DNA from: Bacteroidales bacterium
GTDB lineage: Bacteria > Bacteroidota > Bacteroidia > Bacteroidales > UBA10428
Direction: 5' to 3'
NCBI GenBank assembly: GCA_016934395.1
Contig: JAFGSZ010000008.1
Location: 16,421 to 80,420 of the forward strand
Length of the DNA stretch: 64,000 nt
Part shown: in pieces, positions 1-9,994 of the stretch
Position numbering within the stretch: position 1 is the stretch's first letter
How the letters are laid out: each line of letters begins with the position of its first letter
Position numbers and translations under genes: made by a program
The notes under the pieces: generated by a model
What the model was told of the DNA's origin: nothing
Seen by the model: the letters and a program-made list of their open reading frames with translations, nothing else
The model's database searches: none

Positions 1-235
1 GGACAATAAAAAGATCGACTAAAGCAAAACAGGTTCTTGAGATAATACCGGCAATTATCGAAACCAGAAAAAAAAGTACAAATCCACCTGCTTTTGAATT
101 CCTGATAAACAATAATAAAAATACCGGGGTTAACCAGGCTGCCAGGGCCATATGCCAGTTTAATCCAAAACCTGTCATACCAATAAATCCAAGTATTAAC
201 AGTAATGTTTTTGCGGAAAAGTTTTTTGTGTTCAT
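1..235 (-). CDS. N-terminal fragment (78 codons) of a polytopic membrane protein; the gene continues past the window start
   Basis: My own reverse-strand translation from the ATG at 235-233 gives MNTKNFSAKTLLLILGFIGMTGFGLNWHMALAAWLTPVFLLLFIRNSKAGGFVLFFLVSIIAGIISRTCFALVDLFIV. It is open to position 1 and has several hydrophobic helices. It is missing from the ORF track because the window edge truncates it. Confidence 0.4.
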   Translation of the reverse strand, partial: MNTKNFSAKTLLLILGFIGMTGFGLNWHMALAAWLTPVFLLLFIRNSKAGGFVLFFLVSIIAGIISRTCFALVDLFIV

Positions 236-662
236 AATTGTTTAATCTAATGGGTGATAAATTAAAATTTATGGAATATTGCTCATTAAATTCTATTTTA
301 AAACATTATTTTATAATCAATTAACTGGTAAATTGGAGAATTTTATATAAAGAAATGTTTTCGTATACCCATACGCTTTTATGCCGGCATTTAACCGAAA
401 TTTAAAATTTATTTGTATGAATAACAAATAATCAGGAGGTTCGCAGCCGGAGAGTGTGGAGCGTGACGGTTAAATTTAAAATGGTATCAGATTTATAGCA
501 AATAGAAGGCACTTGTGGACAATTGCGCTAAATAATGGAACAAAGCATCCTTGTTACCAACGAGGACAAGAATAAGAGTAAATAAAATAAATTATCCTAT
601 GAAGAATTGCTGCATCCTGCTATCTTTATAATTATTAGATTTAATTTATAAAATTTAATCTT

Positions 663-1418
663 ATGAACAGACGAAATTTTTTAAACGGACTTTCCCTTTC
701 TGGTCTTGGCCTGGCTGGTTTTCCATTACTCAGCCATGCACAGCAATCTAAAATAATTCAAACAGACTTACCTAAAGACCTGACCGTCCTTTTTCAGGGC
801 GACTCGATAACCGATGCTCACCGCGACCGTGCGAGATACTATGCCAGCGATGACGGCGGATTTGGCAGCGGTTATGTATACCAGATTTGTGCCCGCCTGT
901 TGGGTAAAAACCCAACCAGCGAATTAAAACTATATAACCGCGGTATTAGCGGAAATAAGGTGTTTCAACTGGCCGATCGCTGGGAAGAAGATTGTATCCA
1001 GCTACAGCCTGATATACTGAGTATATTAATCGGGGTAAATGATTTCTGGCATTATCTCGAAGGCCGGTACAACGGGACTCCGGAAATTTATAAAAATGAT
1101 TTTCGGACCCTCCTGGACAGGACGATAAAACATTTTCCGGAAATAAAATTAATTATCTGCGAACCTTTTGCTGTAAGCGGTGGATTTGCAGTTAAGGATG
1201 AAAAATGGACCGCCGAGTTTCCTGAATACAGGAGAATAGCTGCTTCTATAGCCACAGACTATAAAGCTGCCTTTATACCCTACCAGCAGGTTTTTGATAA
1301 AGCCCTAGAAGTGGCCCCGGCCGCTTATTGGTGTCCCGATGGCGTGCACCCTTCCGTAGCCGGCGCTTATTTAATGGCAGAGGAATGGTTGAAAACTTTC
1401 TTCAATGTTCTGAGTTGA
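663..1418 (+). CDS. SGNH/GDSL-family esterase/lipase with a twin-arginine (Tat) signal peptide
   Basis: The N-terminus MNRRNFLNGL...LLSHA fits a Tat motif (RRxFL). It has the SGNH blocks GDSITD (block I), GVNDFW (block III) and DGVHPS (block V, DxxH). Confidence 0.8.
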   Translation: MNRRNFLNGLSLSGLGLAGFPLLSHAQQSKIIQTDLPKDLTVLFQGDSITDAHRDRARYYASDDGGFGSGYVYQICARLLGKNPTSELKLYNRGISGNKVFQLADRWEEDCIQLQPDILSILIGVNDFWHYLEGRYNGTPEIYKNDFRTLLDRTIKHFPEIKLIICEPFAVSGGFAVKDEKWTAEFPEYRRIAASIATDYKAAFIPYQQVFDKALEVAPAAYWCPDGVHPSVAGAYLMAEEWLKTFFNVLS

Positions 1419-1443
1419 ACTTTTTAAACTAACCCGTAGCCTT

Positions 1444-2160
1444 TTGATCCCGATTCGCGATGAAATAAAACCCCGGCACTTTCCATGGATTAACTGGATA
1501 TTGATTCTGGCAAATGTGGCCGCGTTTATTTACGAAATCCGGCTTCCACAGGAATCTGCCGAAACTTTTTTCAGAACCTATGGTATGATTCCTGCAAATT
1601 TTACCTTGCAGGAAAGTATAGATCAGGCTTTGCAGGGTAACTGGAAGTATTTTTTACCTTTTTTCTCAAACATGTTCCTTCACGGGGGCTGGGGTCATCT
1701 TATCGGAAACATATGGACCCTGCATATTTTTGGCGACAATGTTGAAAACGCCATGGGAAAAATCCGCTATCTGCTGTTCTATTTACTTTGCGGAATACTG
1801 GCCACTTCTACCCATTACTTTTTAAACCGGCACTCCATAGTACCCGTTATTGGTGCATCAGGGGCCATTTCAGGAGTTATGGCCGCGTATTTATTTCTAT
1901 ACCCAAGAGGAAAAATTTTATTCCTGATTCCCATCTTTTATATTTTACCTTTATTCATTCCCCTTCCTGCATTTATATACCTTATCTTCTGGTTTATCGG
2001 ACAATTGTACGGGGCAACTGCCAGCTTAATGCTGAGCCATGATGTTTCTGAAATTGCCTTTTGGGCACATGTAGGGGGATTTATTGGAGGGATAATAATC
2101 TATGGTTTTTTTGTAAGCAAAAAACGTCTGAAACATACAAGTGGTTTACAGTTTCCATAA
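1444..2160 (+). CDS. Rhomboid-family intramembrane serine protease
   Basis: Contains HGGWGHLIGN, the catalytic GASGAISGV (GxSG) and a downstream AHVGGFIGG His. The protein is multi-helix and hydrophobic. It uses a TTG start. Confidence 0.85.
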   Translation: MIPIRDEIKPRHFPWINWILILANVAAFIYEIRLPQESAETFFRTYGMIPANFTLQESIDQALQGNWKYFLPFFSNMFLHGGWGHLIGNIWTLHIFGDNVENAMGKIRYLLFYLLCGILATSTHYFLNRHSIVPVIGASGAISGVMAAYLFLYPRGKILFLIPIFYILPLFIPLPAFIYLIFWFIGQLYGATASLMLSHDVSEIAFWAHVGGFIGGIIIYGFFVSKKRLKHTSGLQFP

Positions 2161-2230
2161 AGGTACTATCGTGGAAATTATAATCTTCCTGGAATTCTTT
2201 TTATTATTGGCAACGAACAGGAGATTACTC

Positions 2231-2254
2231 TCCCGATAGCAAAGCGCATCGGGA
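2231..2254. repeat. Perfect 7-bp-stem hairpin (TCCCGAT-N10-ATCGGGA) in a repeat-rich gap between two convergent genes
   Basis: tcccgatagcaaagcgcatcggga is read directly from the sequence. GGAATCGAA recurs at 2252 and 2294, and GAATTCTTTT recurs at about 2192 and 2343. There is no T-run. Confidence 0.3.
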
Positions 2255-2364
2255 ATCGAAATAACACAACAAAACCTTTATTCTGATTAAGATCGGAATC
2301 GAATGAAGCGAAGCGAATTTAGATATCTCAAACTCAAATGAGAATTCTTTTCTCAAATTATCAC

Positions 2365-4470
2365 CTAACTAATCACACTCCAATCAACCGGTGATTTCAC
2401 CGATTTCTTAAGATGATTTAGAAGCAAAAAATTATCCGGTAGTTTCAAATCCGGATCATTTTCCAGGATTTTTTCAGCGATATTGCGTACATACATCAAT
2501 AGCTGCCCATCCTGCCCGAGGTTGGCAATCTTCAGATCAAAAGGAATACCACTTTGCTGGGTGCCTTCGATATCCCCCGGCCCGCGAAGTTTTAAATCCA
2601 CCTCGGCAATTTCAAATCCATCGTTTGTTCTTACCATAGTATCTATTCGTTTGCGGGCTTCGGTGGTTAATTTATGCGAGGTCATTAAAATGCAATACGA
2701 CTGGTCAGCCCCTCTCCCAACCCGGCCCCTCAACTGGTGTAATTGCGATAACCCAAAACGTTCGGCGCTCTCAATTACCATAACGCTTGCATTTGGGATA
2801 TCCACACCCACTTCTATCACCGTGGTAGCAACCATTATCTGGCTTTGTCCATTTATAAAATATTGCATGGCAATATCCTTTTCAGTTGTTTTCATTTTTC
2901 CATGTACACAGCTTACGGCATATCTGGGCGGAGGAAATGCCCTTGAAATTCCTTCGTATCCATCCTCAAGATCTTTATAATCCATTTTCTCCGATTCCTT
3001 AATTAAAGGATACACCACAAAAACCTGCCGTCCCTGCTCGATTTGTTTTTTTAAAAATCCAAACATTACCAAACGTTTGGTATCGTAATAATGAATAGTT
3101 TGTACGGGTTTTCGGCCCGGGGGCAATTCATCGATAACCGATACATCCAAATCACCATAAAGTGTCATGGCCAGGGTACGGGGAATTGGGGTAGCTGTCA
3201 TTACCAGCACATGCGGTGGATTATCGTTTTTTTTCCAGAGCCTGGCACGCTGGGCAACGCCAAAGCGGTGTTGTTCATCGATTATCACCAGTCCAAGGTT
3301 ATTAAATATTACTGGATCTTCCAGTAAAGCATGTGTACCGATAAGAAAATGAAGTTCTCCGCTTTTAAGTGTTTCAAAAATTTTTTCTCGTTCTGCTTTT
3401 TTGGTTGAACCGGTTAATAAATCTACGTTAACATTGAGCTCTGATAAAAAAGAAGTTACTGTCTGTAAATGCTGGTTGGCGAGGATTTCTGTCGGAGCCA
3501 TCATGCAGGCCTGAAAACCATTATCGAGGGCAATTAAAACGGCCATAAGCGCTACCAGGGTTTTGCCACTGCCAACGTCGCCCTGCAGTAAGCGGTTCAT
3601 TTGTTTTCCTGACCCCAGATCACGCCTTATCTCCTTAATTACCCTTTTCTGGGCATTGGTGAGTTCAAACTGCAGGTGCTTTTTATAAAAATTATTCAGA
3701 TAATCGCCCACTTTAGAAAAAACAAATCCTTTAAAGTACTGCTGCCGGTTTGTTTTTTGTTTTAATATACCCAGTTGAATAAAAAAGAGCTCTTCAAATT
3801 TCAGCCGGTAAATGGCTTTTTTAAGTTGTTGGTTATCGCGGGGGAAATGAACGGCAAAAATCGCGGTTTTTAAATCCGATAGTTTATGTGATTTGAGCAA
3901 ATATTCCGGCAGCGTTTCCTGAATTTGTTGCCCTATAATTGATAAAAGAGTCCCGATTAATTTATGGATGGTTTTTGAGGTAATATAATTATTCTTTAAT
4001 TTTTCGGTAGTGCTGTATTGTGGCTGCAGGCTTGCATTAAACTCACTATCCTGATCGCCTGCTTTTTCAATCTCAGGGTGGACAACATTAAATTTCCCGT
4101 TAAATATTGAAGGTTTTCCAAAAATTGCATACTCAGTATTGATCGTATAAGAATTCTGAACCCATTTATGACCCTGGAACCATAATAATTCAATGGTACC
4201 GGTCCCGTCCGAAAACTCTGCCACCAGTCTTTTTTTTCTTGGCGGCCCCTCGAATCTGAAAAGTGTAATTTTACCAGTTAACTGAATATAAGCCAGGGAA
4301 GAATTAATCTCGGAAATTTTAAACATTTTTGTCCTGTCGATATACTTGTAAGGAAAAATATACAGCAGGTCGCGACAGGTAAAAATATTTAGTTCATTTT
4401 TAAGCAATTCAGCCCTTTTGGGCCCAACACCTTTCAGATATTTTATGTCTTCTTGTAAGAGGTCAGCCAT
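2365..4470 (-). CDS. recG: ATP-dependent DNA helicase RecG
   Basis: 701 aa with an N-terminal wedge/OB region. Motifs are Walker A GDVGSGKT, DEQHRFG (motif II) and QLHQLRGRVGRG (motif VI). Confidence 0.95.
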   Translation of the reverse strand: MADLLQEDIKYLKGVGPKRAELLKNELNIFTCRDLLYIFPYKYIDRTKMFKISEINSSLAYIQLTGKITLFRFEGPPRKKRLVAEFSDGTGTIELLWFQGHKWVQNSYTINTEYAIFGKPSIFNGKFNVVHPEIEKAGDQDSEFNASLQPQYSTTEKLKNNYITSKTIHKLIGTLLSIIGQQIQETLPEYLLKSHKLSDLKTAIFAVHFPRDNQQLKKAIYRLKFEELFFIQLGILKQKTNRQQYFKGFVFSKVGDYLNNFYKKHLQFELTNAQKRVIKEIRRDLGSGKQMNRLLQGDVGSGKTLVALMAVLIALDNGFQACMMAPTEILANQHLQTVTSFLSELNVNVDLLTGSTKKAEREKIFETLKSGELHFLIGTHALLEDPVIFNNLGLVIIDEQHRFGVAQRARLWKKNDNPPHVLVMTATPIPRTLAMTLYGDLDVSVIDELPPGRKPVQTIHYYDTKRLVMFGFLKKQIEQGRQVFVVYPLIKESEKMDYKDLEDGYEGISRAFPPPRYAVSCVHGKMKTTEKDIAMQYFINGQSQIMVATTVIEVGVDIPNASVMVIESAERFGLSQLHQLRGRVGRGADQSYCILMTSHKLTTEARKRIDTMVRTNDGFEIAEVDLKLRGPGDIEGTQQSGIPFDLKIANLGQDGQLLMYVRNIAEKILENDPDLKLPDNFLLLNHLKKSVKSPVDWSVIS

Positions 4471-4510
4471 GAATTTAAACCTGAGATTGTAAATATCGCA
4501 AATGTTTGTT

Positions 4511-4518
4511 CAAAATTA
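4511..4518 (-). promoter_or_regulatory. Bacteroidota -7 box (TAatTTTG on the minus strand) upstream of recG
   Basis: Plus-strand caaaatta is TAATTTTG on the reverse strand, 41 nt upstream of the recG ATG at 4470. It matches the TAnnTTTG consensus. Confidence 0.35.
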
Positions 4519-4523
4519 AAAAG

Positions 4524-4531
4524 TAAATTTG
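4524..4531 (+). promoter_or_regulatory. Bacteroidota -7 box (TAaaTTTG) upstream of the methyltransferase gene
   Basis: taaatttg lies 26 nt upstream of the ATG at 4557, with TTG at about 4506-4508. Confidence 0.4.
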
Positions 4532-4556
4532 CACAAATCCGATCAATAAGGACTAA

Positions 4557-5345
4557 ATGGACCGAATTCGAAATGCCTTTCTGTATATCAGGTATAAATT
4601 TATTTCTTACGGCAAAAAAGGTCATGGAATCCATTCCCCGTTTGTTTATTCTTTTATAAAACACGTGTTGTGCGATAAAAAAGAGTATACTGAATATGGC
4701 GTGGTGGAAAGCATCAGAAAAAAACTGTTGGAAAACAACACAAGACTTCAGATAGAAGATATAGGCGCCGGTTCATTCACTTTTAGTCATACAAATAGAA
4801 AAATAAAAGACCTGGTAAAAATCTCTTCCGTATCAAAAAAATACGGACGCCTCTTATTTCGAATAGTGCAGTATTTTGCGCCGGATACTATTATAGAATT
4901 AGGAACCTCAATCGGCATGAGCACCCTGTATTTAGCATCGGGAACCAGAGCTGAATTGATCAGTATTGAAAAAAGCAAAGCACTTCAAAATATTGCAATA
5001 CAAAATATAGAGAAAGCAGGCTTGCCAAACGTGCGTATTATAAGTAACTCCTTCGCAATTGCCCTTCCGGAAATAATTAAAACACTGTCTGGTAATTTTC
5101 TTGTTTTTATCGATGGAAACCACCGTTACCTGCCAACATTGGAATACTTTAATCAATTTGCCAGTTTAGCCAATGAAAAATGTATAATTATAATCGATGA
5201 TATTAACTGGTCGGGTGAAATGAGAAAAGTCTGGAAAGACATTAAAAACAACCCGCGTGTAAGTGTAACCATAGACCTCTTTTTTATGGGAATTGTGTTT
5301 TTTAATAAAGGAATTACGAAGCAAAATTTTCTCATAAATTTTTAG
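4557..5345 (+). CDS. Class I SAM-dependent methyltransferase (O-methyltransferase-like)
   Basis: Has the motif-I-like [14 protein letters not shown] and a later acidic strand FIDGNH/IIIDDI, which is typical of Methyltransf_24-type proteins. Confidence 0.6.
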   Translation: MDRIRNAFLYIRYKFISYGKKGHGIHSPFVYSFIKHVLCDKKEYTEYGVVESIRKKLLENNTRLQIEDIGAGSFTFSHTNRKIKDLVKISSVSKKYGRLLFRIVQYFAPDTIIELGTSIGMSTLYLASGTRAELISIEKSKALQNIAIQNIEKAGLPNVRIISNSFAIALPEIIKTLSGNFLVFIDGNHRYLPTLEYFNQFASLANEKCIIIIDDINWSGEMRKVWKDIKNNPRVSVTIDLFFMGIVFFNKGITKQNFLINF

Positions 5346-5392
5346 TTAGTATATTGCATTTAAATTCAGCAATCATTAACCGTTTTCAGAAC

Positions 5393-6100
5393 ATGGATGA
5401 TATAATAAAAATTCAGGATATTGTAAAAAACTATAAGGTAGGCACACAGATAGTCAGGGCATTGCGTTCCATCTCCCTTAATATTGAAAGAAACGAATAT
5501 GTAGCCATCATGGGCCCTTCCGGCTCGGGAAAATCGACGCTAATGAATATTCTGGGTTGTCTGGATACCCCTACTTCCGGAAATTATTTTTTAAATCATA
5601 AAGATGTTAGTAAGCTTGAAGATAACCAGCTTGCAGAAATTCGAAATACAGAAATCGGTTTTATCTTTCAGACTTTTAATTTACTTCCCCGTTATACAGC
5701 GCTGGAAAACGTGACCCTGCCTTTGGTTTATGCAGGCATACCAAAACAAACCCGTGTTGAAAGGGCTACCAAAGTGCTGGATAGTGTTGGTCTTGCAGAC
5801 CGGATAACACACAAGCCCAACGAGTTGTCGGGCGGGCAGCGGCAGCGGGTTGCTGTAGCGCGTGCCCTGGCAAACAATCCGTCTATTATTCTTGCCGATG
5901 AACCTACCGGAAACCTGGATTCACAGACATCAATTGATATCATGAAACTGTTTGACCTCATCCATGGTTTAGGAAATACGATAATTCTGGTAACACACGA
6001 AGAAGATATCGCTAAAAATGCTCACAGGATTATACGGCTTAGGGATGGTATGATTGAATCGGATACCTTAAATAAACATCGGATGGTTGAAAAAATGTAA
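5393..6100 (+). CDS. ABC transporter ATP-binding protein (MacB/LolD-type)
   Basis: Motifs are Walker [10 protein letters not shown], signature [15 protein letters not shown] and Walker [13 protein letters not shown] prefer the ATG at 5393 (MDDIIKIQ) over the TTG at 5354 given in the track. Confidence 0.9.
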   Translation: MDDIIKIQDIVKNYKVGTQIVRALRSISLNIERNEYVAIMGPSGSGKSTLMNILGCLDTPTSGNYFLNHKDVSKLEDNQLAEIRNTEIGFIFQTFNLLPRYTALENVTLPLVYAGIPKQTRVERATKVLDSVGLADRITHKPNELSGGQRQRVAVARALANNPSIILADEPTGNLDSQTSIDIMKLFDLIHGLGNTIILVTHEEDIAKNAHRIIRLRDGMIESDTLNKHRMVEKM

Positions 6101-6153
6101 AAACATTTTTTCCCGTTTGATGTTAAATAACATCAACTATTCTGTAATATGTT

Positions 6154-6696
6154 ATGAAAATTTATACCCGGGGCGGAGATAAAGGTAAAACCTCTTTAAT
6201 AGGCGGGAAAAGAGTTCCCAAAAACCATAAAAGAATTGAAGCATATGGAACCCTCGACGAACTTATTTCGTATGTGGGTTTATTAAGGGATCAGGATATC
6301 GGAAATAAGACTAAAGATTTTCTTATTACGATACAGCATGAGCTGATGATTTGTGCATCCTTGCTGGCAACAGACAAAAAAGAAAATATGAATGCACTGC
6401 CAAAAATACCGGAAACAGCAATTGAAGAATTAGAAAATGAAATAGACCGCATGGAAGAAACACTTCCCACCTTAAATTCATTTATTCTTCCCGGAGGGCA
6501 TACCTTGTCATCTTATTGCCAGATCACCCGGTGTATATGTCGCAGGGCTGAGCGACAGGTAATCGGATTATCAAAAAAGTATAGGGTACCGGAAATAATT
6601 GTTCGATACTTAAACCGTTTATCCGATTATTTTTTTGTGTTAGCACGTAAGATAAACCACGATTACAAAGGAGTTGAAATTATCTGGAAACCTTAA
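6154..6696 (+). CDS. PduO-type ATP:cob(I)alamin adenosyltransferase
   Basis: The N-terminus MKIYTRGGDKGKTSL is diagnostic of the PduO/MMAB family. Length is 180 aa. Confidence 0.85.
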   Translation: MKIYTRGGDKGKTSLIGGKRVPKNHKRIEAYGTLDELISYVGLLRDQDIGNKTKDFLITIQHELMICASLLATDKKENMNALPKIPETAIEELENEIDRMEETLPTLNSFILPGGHTLSSYCQITRCICRRAERQVIGLSKKYRVPEIIVRYLNRLSDYFFVLARKINHDYKGVEIIWKP

Positions 6697-6731
6697 TGAA
6701 ATTGTATTTGTATATCGAATAAATTTTTATA

Positions 6732-6739
6732 TATATTTG
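6732..6739 (+). promoter_or_regulatory. Bacteroidota -7 box (TAtaTTTG)
   Basis: tatatttg lies 39 nt upstream of the ATG at 6778. Confidence 0.4.
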
Positions 6740-6777
6740 CAATTTTTTAGAAGAAGTTACATTAAAATTGAATTGAT

Positions 6778-6999
6778 ATGTATTGGACACTTGAACTAGC
6801 GTCTAAATTAGAGGATGCACCCTGGCCGGCAACAAAAGATGAATTAATTGATTTTGCAATTCGTTCCGGGGCACCGTTAGAAGTGATTGAAAACTTACAG
6901 GAGATTGAGGACGAGGGCGAAATATATGAGAGCATTGAAGACATTTGGCCGGATTACCCAAGCAAAGATGATTTCTTTTTTAACGAAGATGAATATTAA
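6778..6999 (+). CDS. Small acidic DUF2795-like protein
   Basis: 73 aa. The segment WPATKDELIDFAIRSGAPLEVIENLQEIEDEG resembles the DUF2795 signature as I recall it. Confidence 0.55.
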   Translation: MYWTLELASKLEDAPWPATKDELIDFAIRSGAPLEVIENLQEIEDEGEIYESIEDIWPDYPSKDDFFFNEDEY

Positions 7000-7025
7000 A
7001 AAAGGGATACAAAAAGTATCCCTTT

Positions 7026-8576
7026 TTAATTTTGTTCCTGCCATACAAATACATCATTCTTATTTTTAGGCCTGTTTTTTTCCAACCATATAAATCCTTT
7101 TAAGAACAGCACATTTTCAGGCGCCATATCTAATGGATAAAGTGTTGCATCAGGGTTCTTGTAAAAATATATTTTATCAACCTTCCCGTCATTCATATAA
7201 ATGTTAAGGTCTGTACTTCTTGCAATATTCACACCAATAACACCTTCTTCATCCACGGGATAATATACCGTTTCACCATTTCCTACCACTTCAACCTTAT
7301 ACATTTGTCCGTCCCGAACATAGCAGGTCATTGTTTTTCCTTTTATCTGATTGTATTTTGAGGTATCGTATTGATTAACAATAAATGCCGAATTTTGAAG
7401 ATATAGTTGTTCAACTTCATTATCCCGTGTTTTAACTTCGATATACTCGGCCGTTAGCTGGTGATTCTCCGACCATAAAACCGGCAGATGAAATAACCTG
7501 ATTACAGAATCCTGAAACGAATAAGCCATGGAATCACATTTTCCCTGCATATCCGATTTGAATAATTTTACCTTATAATACGCCCTGATTAATTTATTAC
7601 CGGCAGTATCCAATTCAGACCTGAGTGTATCCGAATGCACAAAAATTGAATCTCCGCCGTTTATCTGAATGAACAGGGCATTTCCGGTTAAAATCGATTC
7701 TTCGGTTTCTTCATATGTTTCTGCATATTGTCCTGTAAGAATAATATCTTCTTCGCTATCGATTATTTTTACATTGTTTGTGGCTCGCCCAAAACCAGTG
7801 TTTCGCTCATAATAAAGGATATCTCCAAATACTTCCTGCCCGGAATTTTTTATATATGCATTTTTTTTCAATTCGGAAATATCCGTATCCGTATTATACC
7901 AGCCACTTTCACAATATATATAGTTGCTGTCGCTTATTATTTCTGTAGGGCCGAAAAAATAAGCAATATTGGTTTCTGTATTGAATTTTAAAGTATCCGA
8001 ATAAATTTTATAATCCGGATTGGTAACGATTACATCGTCTTTAAAAAAGAAAATATCTGTTTTGGTATAATAATATCCCTTTTCGCTGGTAAGATGATTA
8101 TCTTCGTTTGTAATATTCGCTTTATGGGTATAATACCCGATATTTTCCCTGAGATCAAAATCCAGTGTATCGGTTAATAAGGTAGTCTCCTTGTTTATAA
8201 GCTTCACATTCCGCTTCATTTTAGCAAGGCGGGTATTCCCGTTATAATTCAGAAAATCGCCATACAGGTGCAAAGTATCCCCCTGGTTAATATATACATT
8301 ACTGAAAGCATCCAGAGTGTTAATTTCGGAATAAAAATAGGCGCTGTCGCAATACATTTTAGCCCCTTCGTGTTCAAATACAACATTATCAAGAAGACGC
8401 TTTGCCCCATTTCCAAGACTTTTATCAACCTCCATGGTGCTTGAGGTGAAATTTACTTTTTTAGGTTCCTGGCCATTGCCATAACCGCTGGTAAACAGTA
8501 AAAATATCAGAATTACGAACACCCTGTATTCTGATGAAAATAGTTGACAATTGATATTTTTTATCTGCACAGGCAT
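7026..8576 (-). CDS. OstA-like (LptD/LptA N-terminal-domain-like) periplasmic/outer-membrane protein
   Basis: Has a signal-like N-terminus and a long run of beta-rich D/N/Y repeats. It sits directly downstream of a SurA-like gene, which echoes the lptD-surA linkage known in E. coli. Confidence 0.5.
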   Translation of the reverse strand: MPVQIKNINCQLFSSEYRVFVILIFLLFTSGYGNGQEPKKVNFTSSTMEVDKSLGNGAKRLLDNVVFEHEGAKMYCDSAYFYSEINTLDAFSNVYINQGDTLHLYGDFLNYNGNTRLAKMKRNVKLINKETTLLTDTLDFDLRENIGYYTHKANITNEDNHLTSEKGYYYTKTDIFFFKDDVIVTNPDYKIYSDTLKFNTETNIAYFFGPTEIISDSNYIYCESGWYNTDTDISELKKNAYIKNSGQEVFGDILYYERNTGFGRATNNVKIIDSEEDIILTGQYAETYEETEESILTGNALFIQINGGDSIFVHSDTLRSELDTAGNKLIRAYYKVKLFKSDMQGKCDSMAYSFQDSVIRLFHLPVLWSENHQLTAEYIEVKTRDNEVEQLYLQNSAFIVNQYDTSKYNQIKGKTMTCYVRDGQMYKVEVVGNGETVYYPVDEEGVIGVNIARSTDLNIYMNDGKVDKIYFYKNPDATLYPLDMAPENVLFLKGFIWLEKNRPKNKNDVFVWQEQN

Positions 8577-8583
8577 ATTTAAA

Positions 8584-9930
8584 TTACTTAACCCAACCAG
8601 GTATTTTAAATGAACAATTCCTGTACTCAGGATTTATCCTTACGTATGTGGAATTTAATTTATCCTGTATCCATGTATTAACTACCTCCGTTTGTTTAAT
8701 GTTGCGGGTCATTGATTTTAATAAGTTAAAATCATCCTGCAGGTTGGCAACATGTGGCTCGGTTCGATTTGTTAGTTTAATAACTTTAAAAACGGTTTTG
8801 CCTTTTTCATCGGTATATTCATAGGGCTCTGATATTTCCCCAACCTTAAGGTTTTGTATTATTAAATATTCTTTGGTTTCAAACTGATCGAGTTCAAATC
8901 GTTGATTGCCGGAATACGGATTTACAACCCGGCCTCCGTTAATACGGGTATTTTCATCCTGAGAAAAAAGCATGGCTGCTTTTTCAAAAGTAAGGCTGTC
9001 TAACCGAATATAGCGAACAATACTGTCGAGGCTTGCGGTAGCTTTTACTTTAGCTTCGGCAGAAATTTTTGGTTTCATAAGTATATGCCTGGTATGCACG
9101 CGTTCGTCTGTGCGATCGATAAGCTCAATTAAGTGAAAACCAAACGAAGATTCCACAATTTTAGATACCTGTCCTTTTTTTAGTCCAAATGCCACTTTTG
9201 CATATTCCGGGTCAAGATCGGCTTTGTTTGCCCATCCAATATCTCCCTGTCTCGGAGCAGATGGTCCTTCAGAGTATAAAACTGCAAGGGTTCCGAAATT
9301 TTCTCCGTTGACAATACGTTCACGAAGGCCCAATAGACGCTCTTTGACTTCAAAAACGGCTTCCTCGGTAGAAGTAGGATAGACCAGAATCTGGCTTACC
9401 TCTACTTCGGCATTTATATAAGGGATACTGTCTTTAGGAAGATTTTTATAAAAATTTTTTACATCGGAAGGAGTTACTTTAATATTTCCCGTAATTTCAG
9501 ATCTCATTTTTTCGGTTACCATCTGTTCTTTAATAGAAGTTCTGAGGTCTTCTTTAATTTCCAGGATGGATTTATTAAAATATTCAATAAGCTTTTCTTC
9601 TGAGCCAATCTGGTCCACAAAATACCGCATGCGCTGGTCGAGTTGCATTTCAATCTGCGGTTCCGTAACCTCAACACTATCAATTTCGGCCTGATTAACA
9701 AGCAGTTTTTGAGATAACAGGCTTTCAAGCACTTCGCATCGCAACTCATTTGAAGGCGATGCCCCCTGGGCTATCATCTGGTAATATTGGTTTTCTAATT
9801 CCGATTGGGATACTTTTTTATCGCCAACCACGGCAATAACCTGATCAAGGATTTTAGCCTGTGCCAGTATTTCGTTAAAAGGAATCAGTAATAAAAGAAA
9901 AATAGAAAACTTTAATATGATATGTTTCAT
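8584..9930 (-). CDS. SurA-like periplasmic chaperone / parvulin-type peptidyl-prolyl isomerase
   Basis: Parvulin motifs HILMKP..., GDIGW and FGFHLIEL are present. I prefer the start at MKHIILKFSIFLLLLIPFNEILAQ (a signal peptide), with the ATG confirmed at 9930-9928. Confidence 0.8.
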   Translation of the reverse strand: MKHIILKFSIFLLLLIPFNEILAQAKILDQVIAVVGDKKVSQSELENQYYQMIAQGASPSNELRCEVLESLLSQKLLVNQAEIDSVEVTEPQIEMQLDQRMRYFVDQIGSEEKLIEYFNKSILEIKEDLRTSIKEQMVTEKMRSEITGNIKVTPSDVKNFYKNLPKDSIPYINAEVEVSQILVYPTSTEEAVFEVKERLLGLRERIVNGENFGTLAVLYSEGPSAPRQGDIGWANKADLDPEYAKVAFGLKKGQVSKIVESSFGFHLIELIDRTDERVHTRHILMKPKISAEAKVKATASLDSIVRYIRLDSLTFEKAAMLFSQDENTRINGGRVVNPYSGNQRFELDQFETKEYLIIQNLKVGEISEPYEYTDEKGKTVFKVIKLTNRTEPHVANLQDDFNLLKSMTRNIKQTEVVNTWIQDKLNSTYVRINPEYRNCSFKIPGWVK

Positions 9931-9994
9931 CCGTAAATAATTTTTAAAGTGAGGTTGAAAAAATCGTAAAAAGCTCAACGAACCTAAACTCATT

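Noticed and set aside
6101-6153. A cobalamin riboswitch upstream of the PduO-type adenosyltransferase.
   Set aside because: The gap is only 53 nt, which is too short for the element of roughly 200 nt. No B12-box (GCCACTG-like) sequence is present.
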